Shown: positions 1 through 13,301 of the stretch, in pieces
Numbering within the stretch: position 1 is the first letter of the stretch
How the letters are laid out: the number at the start of each line of letters is the position of its first letter
Assembly (NCBI GenBank): GCA_043228905.1
Contig: JBHGNT010000009.1
Coordinates: forward strand, 1,860,001-1,924,000
DNA: 64,000 nucleotides
DNA from: Azolla caroliniana
Taxonomy: Eukaryota; Plantae; Polypodiophyta
Direction of reading: 5' to 3'
The notes under the pieces: generated by a model
What the model was told of the DNA's origin: nothing
What the model saw: the letters and a program-made list of their open reading frames with translations, nothing else
Database searches by the model: none
Position numbers and translations under genes: made by a program

Positions 1-1288
1 GCATATAGAAAATGGTTTAAAGGTAAGAAATCTCCACCTTAGATAAGATTCCAAGTGTTATTTGTTCAAAGGGGCAATATAATCACCACATGAAAAAGAT
101 TTGCACCACACCATCGATTATAGTTAACAGAATGCATATGCATAAGTCTCTATCTTCTAGATAACAATGAAAACATTATTTTCTTTATAAGTATGAAGAT
201 AATTGAGAAAGACTTATGAATGTCTTATACCGAACCCCATTTATTAAAGAAAGCGTTGCCACCACAATTTACATGTGAATTGATATGTTCATATTTATGA
301 TAGTGAAAGTGACACATGATTATTCCTACACGTTGCCAACAATATGTATCATTAGATGTGAATGTCAATAAGAGTTCTACAATGTTAGAAATGAAGCTAG
401 TTGATTCACACTAATTATGTGGGACAATTATACAATAAATTTTGCATTTCAAATGAATGGATTTCTCTCTCAATGCCCCATTCATGTTGTTGAATGATGG
501 TTTGACAAACAAATTTTCATTAAAGTGGTGATTATATACACAATGCATTGTTTTAAATGATGGAAGAACTGTTAACATTACAGCATGACATTTTCTCACA
601 TAATCATTAAAAAGAGAAACTTCCATAGATGTAATAACCATGTACCAAATATTTGATTAAAGAATCTATTGGATAAATATGATGAACTATAAGTAGAATA
701 ATTTGACTAATCTGAATATTGACTTCATTGTTTTATATCGACAATAATTTTAATATGATTTTCTTTTTTTCAAATTTGAAAGTGTATCTTACATCATCAT
801 AGCAATCCTAGTAATCTAAAGGTCTTGTTATCATATTCAAGTTACCATAGTAAGTCTTGTATTTATATTCAAGTTTGCTATCAAAGTTCTTTTGTTCTTG
901 ATCTCTCATTGACTCTTATATTGCAAGAGAACAAAAAAGCATAGTTATGCAAATATTACTTTACATATTTGACATGAATCAACGGACCCACATTGAATCA
1001 TGTTTCTTAATATCACTACGTCAAAAACTATCCCAATGTGGTGAACGATTCAAACATTCTATCACTATGTATAAAAGAAGATATGATTAATAACAATTCC
1101 AAGTCCCACAAAATATATAGAACTCAAAAGCAAACGAATCAACAAACTAATTTTGATATTCAAGAACTTTCAAGCAATTGAGGAGATTTTGGATGGCATC
1201 TTTTCGCATAACATAAAAGATCTTTTAGTTCCAGCTTGTTATATAAACATAAGAATGTATAAAAAAAACAACTCAGGGGATTTTATTC

Positions 1289-3795
1289 TTATTTTCCTAG
1301 GAGGCGTCGACCACGTGAGTTTGCATCTTTCACTCTATCCTCAAGCTTACTGGCATCATTGTAAAAACTCTCCAAGGAAACATTTTGCCTACAAAATCCA
1401 TTCGAGTTGTGTGTAAAAATTCATGAATTGAAGTGAAGAATTGTTATGTGTGAAACTACTTCATATGACTTGATATGGAGACTTAATGTATATATGCATT
1501 AACTCTTCAATTCAAATCATATGAAGTTGCACACACATAACAGTATATGTACATGTACATATGTGTCTGGCTACAGGAATGTGCAAATTTGCATAGAATC
1601 AGTAACGAAAATGAGCACCTCGAAATCTCCAATCCCATGTCGATAGACATATCTTTTATCTGGTCGAGAATGTTACTTAGGTCTGAAAGAGCATCATCTT
1701 GCTTCACTCTCTCCATCTAGTCAAAATAAATTCAGAATGCAGTATATTTAACATCATTCTAATATTGCCATAAGATTTTGTTTTCCAAGCTCATTTCTAT
1801 TTGATATACATTATTGGAACATATAATATCCTCACCTCAAGCTTTCCTTGTACAGTTTTCTGATCTGAACCAGGGAACAATTGAACCAAATGATTCCTAT
1901 TCTCTTTTACATTAACATTCATGTGTTTGGCTTTGCTTTGAAAAGACTGGTCATCTGTTGAAAGATAAATGTATTTAACATAACTAAATTTCACACAAAT
2001 GTTTTAAATGGAATGTAGGTTTACTTCAAAAGCTTACTTGATGTTATGAGTGGACCAGTTAAGGAAAGACCCCGCTTGGGCCTCCATGGCCTAGAGAAAA
2101 TTCCTCCTAAACTTCCCAAAAGCTTTTCACCCTTCAATGATCGAAGTAATCACAAAGACAACATATCAAGTTGATAACAAACAAAAGAAAGAAAAAGCTT
2201 TTTTTAAATGATTTGTTTGTTTTACATTTGTTGGCATATATCTATTCCAGTTGCCATTTTAATGTTCCGTACTTAATTTAAAACTTTTAACAAAGCAAAA
2301 AGTTATTTAACAGATACCATTGCATACATCTTAAAGTTTATTGGCAAATGGTTTGAAATTTCCCTGAAGAGTGAATTTGAAACCTATCGAGTAGCAAATC
2401 TTTAAAAAAAAACCCTCCAAAGTTGAACAAATCCTAAACCCGAAACTCCTTTCACATACGTTCAGTATTTTAACTCTTGAATACTCAGAAAACATTTCCT
2501 CACAAAATCTACAGTTGAAAAGAATGAGCTACCCGTACCATGGTAAGGTTCTGATCAATATGAACTGCAACTTGGTGAGATTGAATCATTTTCTCACCCT
2601 GTTGGTGAAGATTGATAACAGTCCGAGACGCCTCCTCCTTCATGTCTTCAGCTACCTTAATACAATTCCAGATACTCTTTGTTGTATCTTCAGATTCCTG
2701 AAGAGCATAGTCTTCTAATTCTTGCAAGCTATTCTTCTCCTCTGAAAATTCGTATCCATCAAAATGAAGGCGATGAGGAGGAGATTGGACAATCAGTAGA
2801 TCCGAATCATAATTTCCCAATTCACCAGAATGTGGAAGCTTCTTTTTGGTACTACAACCCATAGATCTAATAGCATTTGAATCATTGATACCATTCAAAG
2901 ACGTTATACTATTTGAATGCCTGGCGCCATCATTCTCCTTGCCAGGTGTGTAGGTACTGATTCCCTTCAATCTTGGAGCCATGATTCGATCAGAGCTATA
3001 CATTTTTGTTCCACCAGAAAGAAGCTGTTTCCTTTGTTCACCCGAAGGTATACCATTAGGATCAATCATACTATTTGAATCATTTACAAAATTCGAAGAT
3101 CTGATGCCATTCAAAGCATGGATCTCATTTGAATGACTAATACCATTAAAAGCATCGGTACCATTTGTGTCACTGATACCATTCAAAGATTTCATACATT
3201 TTGGATCAGTTATACCCATCGAAACATCCTCAAAAGCTTTAAAACTATTTCTTTCTTTTGATCTGGAATCAATGGGTTGGTCCGAGCCATGGGTTGATCT
3301 GAGACATTGGTACCTTTTTTCACCAGAAGACATACCATCGAAATCACTAATATCATTAGGATAACTCTTGTTGAAATCTGTATAAGTACCTTTTTCTGTG
3401 AATCTCTGAGTCTGAGAATGAATATGTCTTCCTTTTCCTTGTTCTTCTTCTTCTACTACTCCAAACGCTTCAGAACCTTTATTTTGGCATTTAATGTCTT
3501 TCCATTTCTGAACTTCGATGAAAGAAGAATGTGAAGAAAAGCTTACCTTCTTCTTCTTCTTGGTAGAAGAATGCGAAGGGAATCGTATCTTCTTAACGGA
3601 GTCCGCGTCCTCATCAGAATCAGAATCACCGAAAGGATTGAAGCTTCTGGTCTTGTCGTTTGATGCAGCGCTAAGGCAATTGCCATTTCCATTTCCATTT
3701 CCATTTCCATTTCCATGTCCTTCTTCTTCGTCTTCATCATCAGAGGAAGAGAAAGGGTTCCACTTGGAGAATGGGAAAGAGCGAGAAGAAGCCAT
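1289..3795 (-). CDS. SNAP25-family (SNAP33/29/30-like) Qbc-SNARE, 5 exons: 3795-2539, 2131-2038, 1954-1836, 1716-1619, 1388-1289 (~555 aa)
   Basis: GT-AG introns join in frame. Qb motif (ELEDYALQESEDTTKSIWNCIKVAEDMKEEASRTVINLHQQGEKM...GEKLLGSLGGIFSRPWRPK) and Qc motif (KQDDALSDLSNILDQIKDMSIDMGLEISRQN...RVKDANSRGRRLLGK*). N-terminal NPF motifs. Confidence 0.9.
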
Positions 3796-4058
3796 TTTGA
3801 GAGTTTCTCTCTGCAATCACTCTGTTTCTGTCTGCTTTCTCTTTCTGTTTCTCTGTATGCGACTGTCTCTCGCTGTTTCTTTCTCTGAGTGTTTCTTTGT
3901 GCGTAATACGAAGAGAAGAGGAAACCAGCAAACCCAAGCCAAGCCAACGTCTCTCTCGCTCTGTGTCTCTCTACAAAACAAAAAACATTTGTATTCTCCG
4001 CGAGCCGAGCCGAACCGAACCTCTAAACCGATTCCTAAGCTCAAGTGAGAGATGATAG

Positions 4059-4769
4059 TAGCGATGGGCACGGTTTCGGCTCGAACCGAACCGAACCTTT
4101 AATCCATGGTTTTAACGGTTTATTGGTTCCAAAAAGAATTAATGGTTTTGGATTTTCAATAAACGGTTCACCGCTTGCACGTAAAGATTTCATAGCTATA
4201 TTTGACGCTAATTGATCGTGAATATTTATTGCATTCCTGGTGGATTCTACTCTCCTAGAGGGAGCCACAAGTAGTTCTAGGAACTGACTTAAACAAGTGC
4301 TCTAACGGGGCAAAGCAGGGAGGTTCGATTCGGTTCTAAAATTCGGGTTTATAGGTTTATATGTTTTTGGTTAACTTTTGTTTTACCTTAATAGTTTATT
4401 AATTTAATGGTGTTTTATTGACTTAATTAATTTAACTTAAATGTTTATTTAATTTAATGGTCCAATTAAAGTTTCTTTACATATTGATTTAATAAAATTA
4501 ACTTAAATGCTTATTTCATTTAATTTCTTTTTTGTTTATTTAAATATTTAATTAGTTTGACTTAAATGGTTAGGTTTAAATGTTTTATTAAATGGTTCGG
4601 TTTGGTTTCAACTTTTCCTTAAACGGTTTGGTTTACTTTTTCTTAAATAGTTTGGTTCAAATACTTGAGACTCGAGAGTTCATTAACGGTTTGGTTTGGT
4701 TTTTTGTTTATATAAACGGTTCGGTTCGATTTCTTTGCCTTGAAACCGAACCAAACCATGCCCTTGCTT
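4059..4769. mobile_element. Non-autonomous hAT-type DNA transposon (MITE-like)
   Basis: Imperfect TIRs TAGCGATGGGCACGGTTT...AAACCATGCCCTTGCTT; 8-bp TSD GATGATAG at 4051-4058 and 4770-4777; subterminal AACCG/CGGTT repeats. Confidence 0.85.
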
Positions 4770-7234
4770 GATGATAGATGGATCCCATGTCAATCCATTA
4801 TGAGTTTATGTTAAATCACGTGCCACCTCTCTTCCCAATGTCACGTGACACACCCCACACACACCTAAAATGAGAGTCGAAGCTTTGATTTGTACAAAGG
4901 AATGGGAATTTTTCAAAAATTTGATTACAATATTCTAGCATTCAAAAAGTATTAATAAAACATAACACGTATTTATAGTTATATGTTTATTGATATTATA
5001 AAGTTTAATCATTATAATTAAGGGATTAACCTATAATAAAATCAATTGATTTGTTCGCCATTATCATCTTGTGAATATGCTCACTTACTTAGCATGTTAC
5101 TTGTGCACCAAGAGTTTTGAAATTAGCTAATCTAATGAGAAAGTGTAAAAACATTTTAAATTTGGCAAATATAAAAAAAAATCAATGGCATTTTCACGAA
5201 TAGTTCTTAAAAAGAGTGGCATTTTTGAGAAATGTCTCTATTCCAATCTTGAAGTTCACTTTGAGTCAATCTATTTACCGTTGTCTGCAATTTGCTTCAC
5301 CTACACTCTCTCACTATACTTATATTGTTGGTTTTATTAAGAATTCCTTTATCTTGAATGTAACCCTAAGTTTCCTTACCATGGGCATTTTAGTTAATTG
5401 TAACTTGTGCATATTCATAAGGCCTCTCTCTCTCTCTCATGCTTGGACCTACATGCATCACACACACAATTTTCCCATTTTCCTGATTACATGGATTTAA
5501 ATTTACTCCTAAAACTAACCCATGGTTTACATTTGGGATATCAACAATAAAACTTTGTGTGGTAGAGCTTATTCACTCAATTGAAATTTGTATATTATTG
5601 TATCTCATGGGATTTAATATTTCTTAGATTACATAGCAACAAAAAGTATACATTCAATTGGCACAAACTAGAGAATCGATCAAATTATATCGTCACATCT
5701 TAGTCAATGTTCATATTGTGGATCTACCTAGTTAAAATTGCAATTTGAGAGATATTATTACCGTTCTTTGGGCATGGATGATAGGGTTTGAACATTTGTG
5801 ATATTGTAGCCATAATAAATGTGCTACCAATTTGCACTACATCCCAATGACATTGTTGATGTAGACTTAGTTAAGGACCCTAATCTTTCTCACACAAAAT
5901 GATGTGATTCTTTATGTGATAAAAGGATGGTAAAAATGAAATGCATATATAAGAAGGGAGCATGATTGATTATGTAATCTAATTAATTGCCGATGTGATT
6001 GATGACCGACATCAACGAAGTACATTTTGCACTTCTTCATCACTTATGCAACTCAGATATGCAATGTGGGGCAATGCATAGTAGTTTGTTTGGCCAATGT
6101 ATTGTGAATCCACCTTAATTCTAACACATGATGATCACCAATGAATCTAAAAGGCACAAACAAAGGCCTTTTGAGCTTTTCGTTATTAGAATATTTTGGA
6201 TCTCCTCAAGGAGAATTATTTATTTCTAAAAAAACCTTTGGATGGCATTTTTCTAGTGCGTAAGTTGATCCACGATTTGTAAAGGTAAGAAATAACCTTA
6301 CAATGATCACTCGTGTGCTATCCAAAGCAAATGTTATGTTGGTTGGTTGGTTCCATCTCTTTCCGCACATGCGCATTTCAAAAATCCCTTTTTGCTCTGG
6401 ATGATTTTCTCCTTAAAAGTTTGGGAATCACGTATCCGCTTTTTGGAGACAACCTTCAATGACATTTGCATCTCACTCCACATTTGCAAGCTTCAAAAAC
6501 ACTTTTGAATAGGGTAATCACATTTTGTGAATGCACAAGTCCTTTGTGTAGTGAAAAAACATACCTTGTGGCATGTAAATTCACACATGTTTGAAACAAA
6601 CTTTATTCCAATGCTCTTGACATTTGCTTCTTTTATTCGCATTTCAATAGGCCAATCACACGTGAAGAGTATGTGAAATTTGGGAGATGTTTAGCCTTGA
6701 AAATAGACCTTATGGTGTTTTCCATGTGTTCAATTGAAGAGCAATCTTATGATAATATATTGTGTCATCCATTGAAGTTAAAATTATTCCAAAGGTATAG
6801 CTAAACATTATCCCTTGCACACAATGGAAGAAAACTTGGGAAATTCATCTTTGCTTGCATAGTTTTTGTTGTAACAAATGTATTTTTATCTAAACATTCA
6901 CTTAAAATCATTGGTGTTTTTTACCTATGGCAACTACCTAAAAACTACACAATCTTAATCATTTACATTGTAAGTTTCTAGACCTTGGTTTTTTACTTAT
7001 GCCTTTTGGAAACATCATATCTTAGGCTTACTCCATTTTGCAAACAATCATCAAAGATCTAGGAAAGTATACATTTGCAATCTTTTGACTCCAAATTATT
7101 TTTAAAAGGTAAATATATATGCTCCTATGATCTCTTTAAAATGGAAACTTTCTTTAGCTATAGTAAAGTTGATGTGAGGCACGAGTATGGGGTTGACCTC
7201 ATCGTGAGAGCCGGTACAATTACTATGAAAATGG

Positions 7235-7799
7235 TGTTGAGAAACGTGACCGGCCACAACCGGTTTCTCATTCGTATATTCGGGTGAAGAAATCAAGATG
7301 AATGTGCACAGACAAGAAAAACAACAGAAGTAAAACTAGAAACAAGGACACAAGATTTAACGTGGAAACCCAAATAAGGAAAAACCACGTGGAGTCCACA
7401 AACTCCAAAAACGGATCACTATACAGAGGAGTACAATAAGAAACTCGGAGGCAACAACCTCGAGATCTTCTTCGTCGACAGACGGCTGCAGAATTACACT
7501 CTAACTCTCACACACACACTCTCTCACACTAAGTTACAGAGGTGACAACCTTCTTGTAACTCACAACCTAATCATACAATAGTGATCTACGCATTACTTA
7601 TTAAAGTTTGCTCTAGTTGTACTCATACTTATACAACTTTATGGCTATTTATATACATAGCCCACATGGGGCACATTTCGACTATTTACAAATATAGTCT
7701 CTTGAGTTGGCTATATTCTCGATTTCGGTTTCGGCCTCGGCCGAGTTACTCATCAGCTTGGCTCTTCTTTTCCCATCTGGAGGGACTGGTTTCCCAACA
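7235..7799. mobile_element. Solo LTR (probably Copia-type)
   Basis: Termini TGTTGAGAAAC...GTTTCCCAACA; 5-bp TSD AATGG at 7230-7234 and 7800-7804; no internal coding region. The superfamily call is a guess from LTR style. Confidence 0.8.
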
Positions 7800-9299
7800 A
7801 ATGGCACCACCCTTGGTTAGGTTATGTGAAAATATGCTTGAGCCAAAATATGTAAATTTTATGGGAGCCTGCACAATTACAAGAGGTATGTTTAGTACAA
7901 ATTCCTACAACATTGTACGTGGGGTGGATAAATTAATTCATGTATATATTTATTTGTCAGTTTGACCCAAAGCTATTCTTGATGTTGTGACCAAACTTCA
8001 CAAAAAAGTAGCTCTAGAGAATAACTATAGGAACACGGATCGAGCTTTGAGTTCTACTCGAAAAAAGTACTTTGGTATATGATTCATCACCTCCATTTAG
8101 TACCCAACATTCGCATTGGTGAATACAACCAACAAATAGATGCTTGGGGTAGAGAATCCTTGTTAGATGCTTTTTTGGTCCCGAAGTGATAGATTCAATA
8201 ATAATAAAAGTTTCATTTTAAGAATAATCAATATTGGAAGCTGATGAGCTAATAGTTTTTTGGGGTATAGAAAAAGAAGAGAGGTGTTCACTTTGGCTAA
8301 ATTTTCAGTAAATCAAGCTACTTTACCGAATGCCATTGCAAAACATATGGTTTGAATGCATGACCTTCTGGCATTTTTGCTACATTTGTGTAGGATCTCT
8401 CTAAATTGAAAAGTTCATTAGTAGAATAACTGCAAACAAGCAAAAGTTTCATTAAATCAAGTGGCTTAACTAGAGATCAATGCAAACTTTTATTTTTTTG
8501 CTACATTTGCATAGGATCTCTCCCTCTCACAATTGAAAAGTTCATTATTAGAATAACTACAAACAAGCATCTTATTGGATACACCTCACATCTTTATACT
8601 ACAAAACATGAGGTCCATGTCCAAGAAAATTGCCTAAGATACAAACTCATTCCAGCAAATTTTCCCTTGCTTCTCACAAAGAAAGATGAAAACTCTCAAG
8701 AAATCTACAAAACCTAGTCAAACCTCTCATTACAAGAATCAATGGGCATGATTGGCAACTTTGCCCATATTCTCAATCCCAATACTTTTTTAACAAGAGA
8801 ATATCTTGAATATTATGTTTTGCTTGCATCGGTTAATAATAGGTCCCCATTGAAGATATTAAGTGTTGCATTATTTCTCTCACATGAAAAAAAATGTTAC
8901 ATGAAGAAATTAAAATGACAAAATTGAAAATTGTCCAAATTCCATTACCCATTTCCTCATGACTTGAAATGGCTGGTAAATTAGCATTATTTTCATTCAC
9001 AAATCCCTAAATGCATTGATTAATTTTCATGATACATGAAGCTTACATGTCAAAGATAGAATATGCATTGCTTCCATCTCTTTGAGAGACAATGCTGAAA
9101 AAGTACAAAGTAAGTTGAGAAACATATCGTCAAAATTGTATTAACATGTGATAGCTAAGTCTTATGCTATTTGACATTGATAAGAATTGCAATGAGTAGT
9201 TTTTGCTCTTGAAGAAACCTAGCCCTCAGCAATATTAGGACAAAAAACAATAATATTAGCACACAAAAGGATGAATACATAAATATATTCAAATTCTCT

Positions 9300-12200
9300 C
9301 TACAGGACCCAACCACCACCATGACCTATGTTATCCATGTAACCTAGACCATGGTCATGGAAGTGACCATGAGAATGACTACCATGATCGTCATGACCAC
9401 CATATTCATGACTATGGTCAATATGTTCATATCCATCCTCATCCCCACGTGAATAGCTTTCGAATGTGTTTTGTATATTATCACAGTGATGCTCAGTTTC
9501 TTCTGGAAAAGGACTTGCCATTTTTGGCAAAGATGAAACGAACCGATAGATATCTTCAGAAATCTCTCGAGAAGTTTCTTCCTGTAATTTAATTCATGTA
9601 TTCCTTGAATAAAATGAAATGAAAATGTAAAAGGAATAACAGTACTTGCAATCAAATTGCTTAAGGCACTCAAAAAAAGAATTTGTCCCAAGTTAATTAC
9701 AGTTAGCACATCAAAAGTTATAATATGAATCCTAACAATAAGGGTGATTGTAATATATCAGACGGTACAAGCTTATGGCATGGATCTGATTGTCCTGGCA
9801 TAGGCCATTTGAGTTAAGGAAGATAAGTAATGTGATGGACCTCGAGTGTTTTCAAATTACTGCACCTTCAAAGTGTTAAAGTGCTTTTAAGTTATTATTG
9901 TTTGCCATCAGTAACTTTTAATAACTTTGAGACCTACATCCTGAGGAAACATAATTACATCCTACATTTAAGTGACCAGCATTAGCATAGTTCATAGAAG
10001 AGAACCAAGCAGTCATCTTTGATATCGTTTTATCTCAACCAAGTTCAACCTTCTCTTCCCTCTGCTCATGCTGAGCAACATTTGAATTCTTCTTTAAATT
10101 CTAACTTTAAATAAATGTAAGAGCAAATACATGAAAGAGGCAGAGGATCATATTGACAATTTATTGTATAGTTTCTATTTTCATGTTGAATACTGAAACC
10201 AAAGTGCACAGATAACATTAGAATTCTCAATTGTAGGTAAAGACAATCCATTTTCCTAGCGTGGCTAATTACAATATGTTCTCTACCATATCGATTTTGA
10301 ATGCCTTGGTTCTTGCTCCTCTTTGTTTTGTTACGGTTATGGGCATGACCAAAATTTATGTATTGTAGTATTCGACACATGCAGATAAAAGTGTGGGGGT
10401 TAACTGAGAGTGTAAAGAAGGGAGTAATACTTTTAATCCTAGGGAATGAAGGGATTGTACTGTGGTATTCTACATGCGACGATAAAAGTGTGAACTTTCC
10501 TGGGGGCCTTAGTTTTGGCTATAAATATGAGGAGGCCTAGCTACCCTCATTAGACACATTATTCGATTACGTCGAGATTGTGACCTTCTGGTGAACAGAC
10601 TCATGGCAAGAAAGCGCCAGTACCAGGTACAACTCAATGCCATGGCGGTGGTATGGGACACCAATCAAGGCTTAGGTCTGTCTTGATCCCTTCGCTCGGG
10701 AGCGGTCGGGTGGATCGACACCCTTCTTTCTCTCTCTTTCTTTTATCTATCTTCTATTTCCTTGTCTTATGCTTACATTAGGAATAATCTTTAACCGTTA
10801 CCTATCATTATGTTGCTCAATCGCATATTGTCAGTTATGACGATAACTGATGGTAAACATTTTCAGTTATTTATAGCTAATCTCATTAAAGAACGTTGGC
10901 TTCTTTAATTTTTCAATCTGTCGATACAATAATTTAATTTCTCCTTCAATACATTTACATTCCTTGTAGCTTGTCAGAATTTCTCAAAAATGGAAGCTTT
11001 ATAATGACCCCTTGTATTTATTCACAACAAGATAACAATGGATATAACACGGAGGCTACTAGCAATAAACGTTACACGCAATTTCCCACATATGGGAAAT
11101 GTTACTACTAGAAATAATGTAATTATTCAAAAAGTAGAAAAGCATTAAGAGACTTACTTGAGGCCACCGACCACCATTGTGGCTTACATAGGACACATTG
11201 TGTAGACGAGAAGCGAGACTTTCACCAAGTTTATACCAACCTCTTCCGGAGGTATTTGACCAAAGCACTTGTACAGGGACTCCGCTGAGCCTTTCAATAC
11301 TTGAAACAACATCGAAAGACGAATTTCCCGACTTCCAAGTTTGCAATGTAGTCTTCTTTCCATGTTTATATTTCAACAAAAATGCATGATTTCTCGTCTC
11401 ACTCATCGAGGGGTTCCTCATACAACATTGACTCAGTACAATATGCTGAAGATATGGAGAACATAGCATCAAGGAACTGAGAAGAGGGAAGTTTAAAATA
11501 GCGGCAGGAAAGCTTGGGATACCAGGAAAAACATCCATTAGAGTTATGCTTCTAACCAAAGAAGGGATTCTATTGATCCACGTTAACCCTGATTCAACGC
11601 TTGTATCGTGAAGAACAACATGTAAAGGTTTCTTATTACACAACAAATTCACTACTTGATCTACACTATCTGCGAGCTCTTCAGCATTGTAAAAAAGAGC
11701 GTTCTTCCTATTCATTGATGTCACTGGATCAGGAAACGTACCAGATTCGAATAACTGCTCAAACCGCCAAAACAAGCCCTTTTCCGAAATCTCACTAAAA
11801 ATGTCTCTAAATATGGAAACAATTCCCCAACCTAGATCTAGATAGGGCTTCTCAGAGAGCCCAGATCCAGGAAAATCAATTGCTATAACATGATAATTTT
11901 TCTCAACTAAATGAGGAAATATATGTCTATATATGAAAGAACTTGAGCCTAATCCATGTAAAAACACTATACACTCAGAGGAAGCTTCCACGGAACCTTC
12001 GTCTCTGACAAATAATTTGATGGGCTTTTGTTCATATCCAAGTTCAAGTTTAAGAAACTTACCTTTCATGGAGTGATGGCGAACATCAGAAGGCATAGAG
12101 AAGAACTCTAATTCTTCTTCTCCTTCAAAGACGTAGGAAAGGAGAACAAGCGAAAGAGTGAGGATAGAGACTATAGATATAACATAGAGCCAGAAAACAA

Positions 12201-12363
12201 ACACCGTTGTGCTCTGTTGAATCCTCTTCTCTTCTTTCTCGTCTTCTTCTCCTTCCCTTTCTCCTTCTTCTTTCTCATTTTCTTCTGATTTCCCCATTCC
12301 TCCATGATCTTCTTCTTCTGCTGCTGCTACATGGAGCTTGGGGTTCTTCTTCTCTGCAGACAT
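9300..12363 (-). CDS. AXR4: AUXIN RESPONSE 4 (AXR4)-like alpha/beta-hydrolase-fold membrane protein, 2 exons: 12363-11158, 9581-9300 (~495 aa)
   Basis: N-terminal TM helix (FVFWLYVISIVSILTL); VFLHGLGSSSF and AIDFPGSGLSEK motifs; EISEKGLFW.FEQLFESG; HVVLHD; GGRWPQ|EE spliced in frame to a His-rich tail ending GYMDNIGHGGGWVL*. This layout matches plant AXR4. Confidence 0.85.
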
Positions 12364-12499
12364 GTCTGTCCTCCCTTTCAGAGATGTCAGGCAAGGAAGC
12401 TTTTGAATTTGATCTTAATACATAACAAATAGAAGTGGCGTTAGAAGGTTTCGAACTCGCGTCCATTACATTAGGTCTTATGAACTTGAGAACTCTATT

Positions 12500-12690
12500 C
12501 ATATATACATACATATACATACGTTATACTGTATACATATATACATATGTACATATACATACATACATACATACATATACATACATACATACACACATAC
12601 ATACATATACATACATACGTATACATACATACATACATATACATACATACATACATACGTATACATACATACATACATATACATACATAT
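12500..12690. repeat. (TACA)n-type microsatellite upstream of the AXR4-like gene
   Basis: Direct inspection; it produces the spurious H/T/Y/I and M/Y/V/C ORFs. Confidence 0.95.
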
Positions 12691-12815
12691 GCGAATTGCC
12701 CAAAAAGGAAAGAGGAATCTAAACTCGGCTTTGCAGGTTTCGAACTTGCTCACATACACATATCAGCTCCTCCATTGGCCTTCCCTGGGTTTTGACGTCA
12801 CTTTGTGGGTTTCGA

Positions 12816-13301
12816 TAGCAATGAGCATGGTTCGGTTTCGGTTCGGTTCGGTTTCCTAGCCTTGAAACCAAACCAAACTAAACCAAACCATTTATTTATA
12901 TTAAAAACCAAACCAAACTGTTTTAATTGTATGAAGCCATTTAAACCGAACCGTTTAGAGCTGAACCGTTTATGAAACATTTAGAACCAAACCAAATCGG
13001 TTTATCATAAATCAAAACCAAACCAAATTTATAAACTGATAAACCTATAAACCTATAAACCTTTAAACCAAACCGCTAAACCTTTAAACCTTTAAGCCGA
13101 AACCGTTAAACTGCGAAATTCAAAATCAAACCGAACCGAAACCGAAAAGCCGATAAACCGCTAAACCATGAAATTCAAAACCAAACCGGATCATAATATT
13201 TGAAACCAAACCAAACGGTTTATTCATCTTTGAACCAATAAACCGTTAAGCCATGGCTTAATGGTTCGGTTCGGTTTGAGTCAAAACTGCGCCCATTGCT
13301 A
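12816..13301. mobile_element. Non-autonomous hAT-type element, same family as 4059-4769, opposite orientation
   Basis: TIRs TAGCAATGAGCATGG...CTGCGCCCATTGCTA; 8-bp TSD GGTTTCGA at 12808-12815 and 13302-13309; AACCG/AAACC repeats. Confidence 0.85.

Noticed and set aside
5200-7200. Possible decayed transposase or gene remnants (also 21-28 kb and 38.0-38.7 kb)
   Set aside because: No motif could be assigned with confidence by eye.
10359-10777. Possible solo LTR in the AXR4 intron (TATA box, higher GC, ends CTTACA)
   Set aside because: No matching TSD or clear 5' terminus found.
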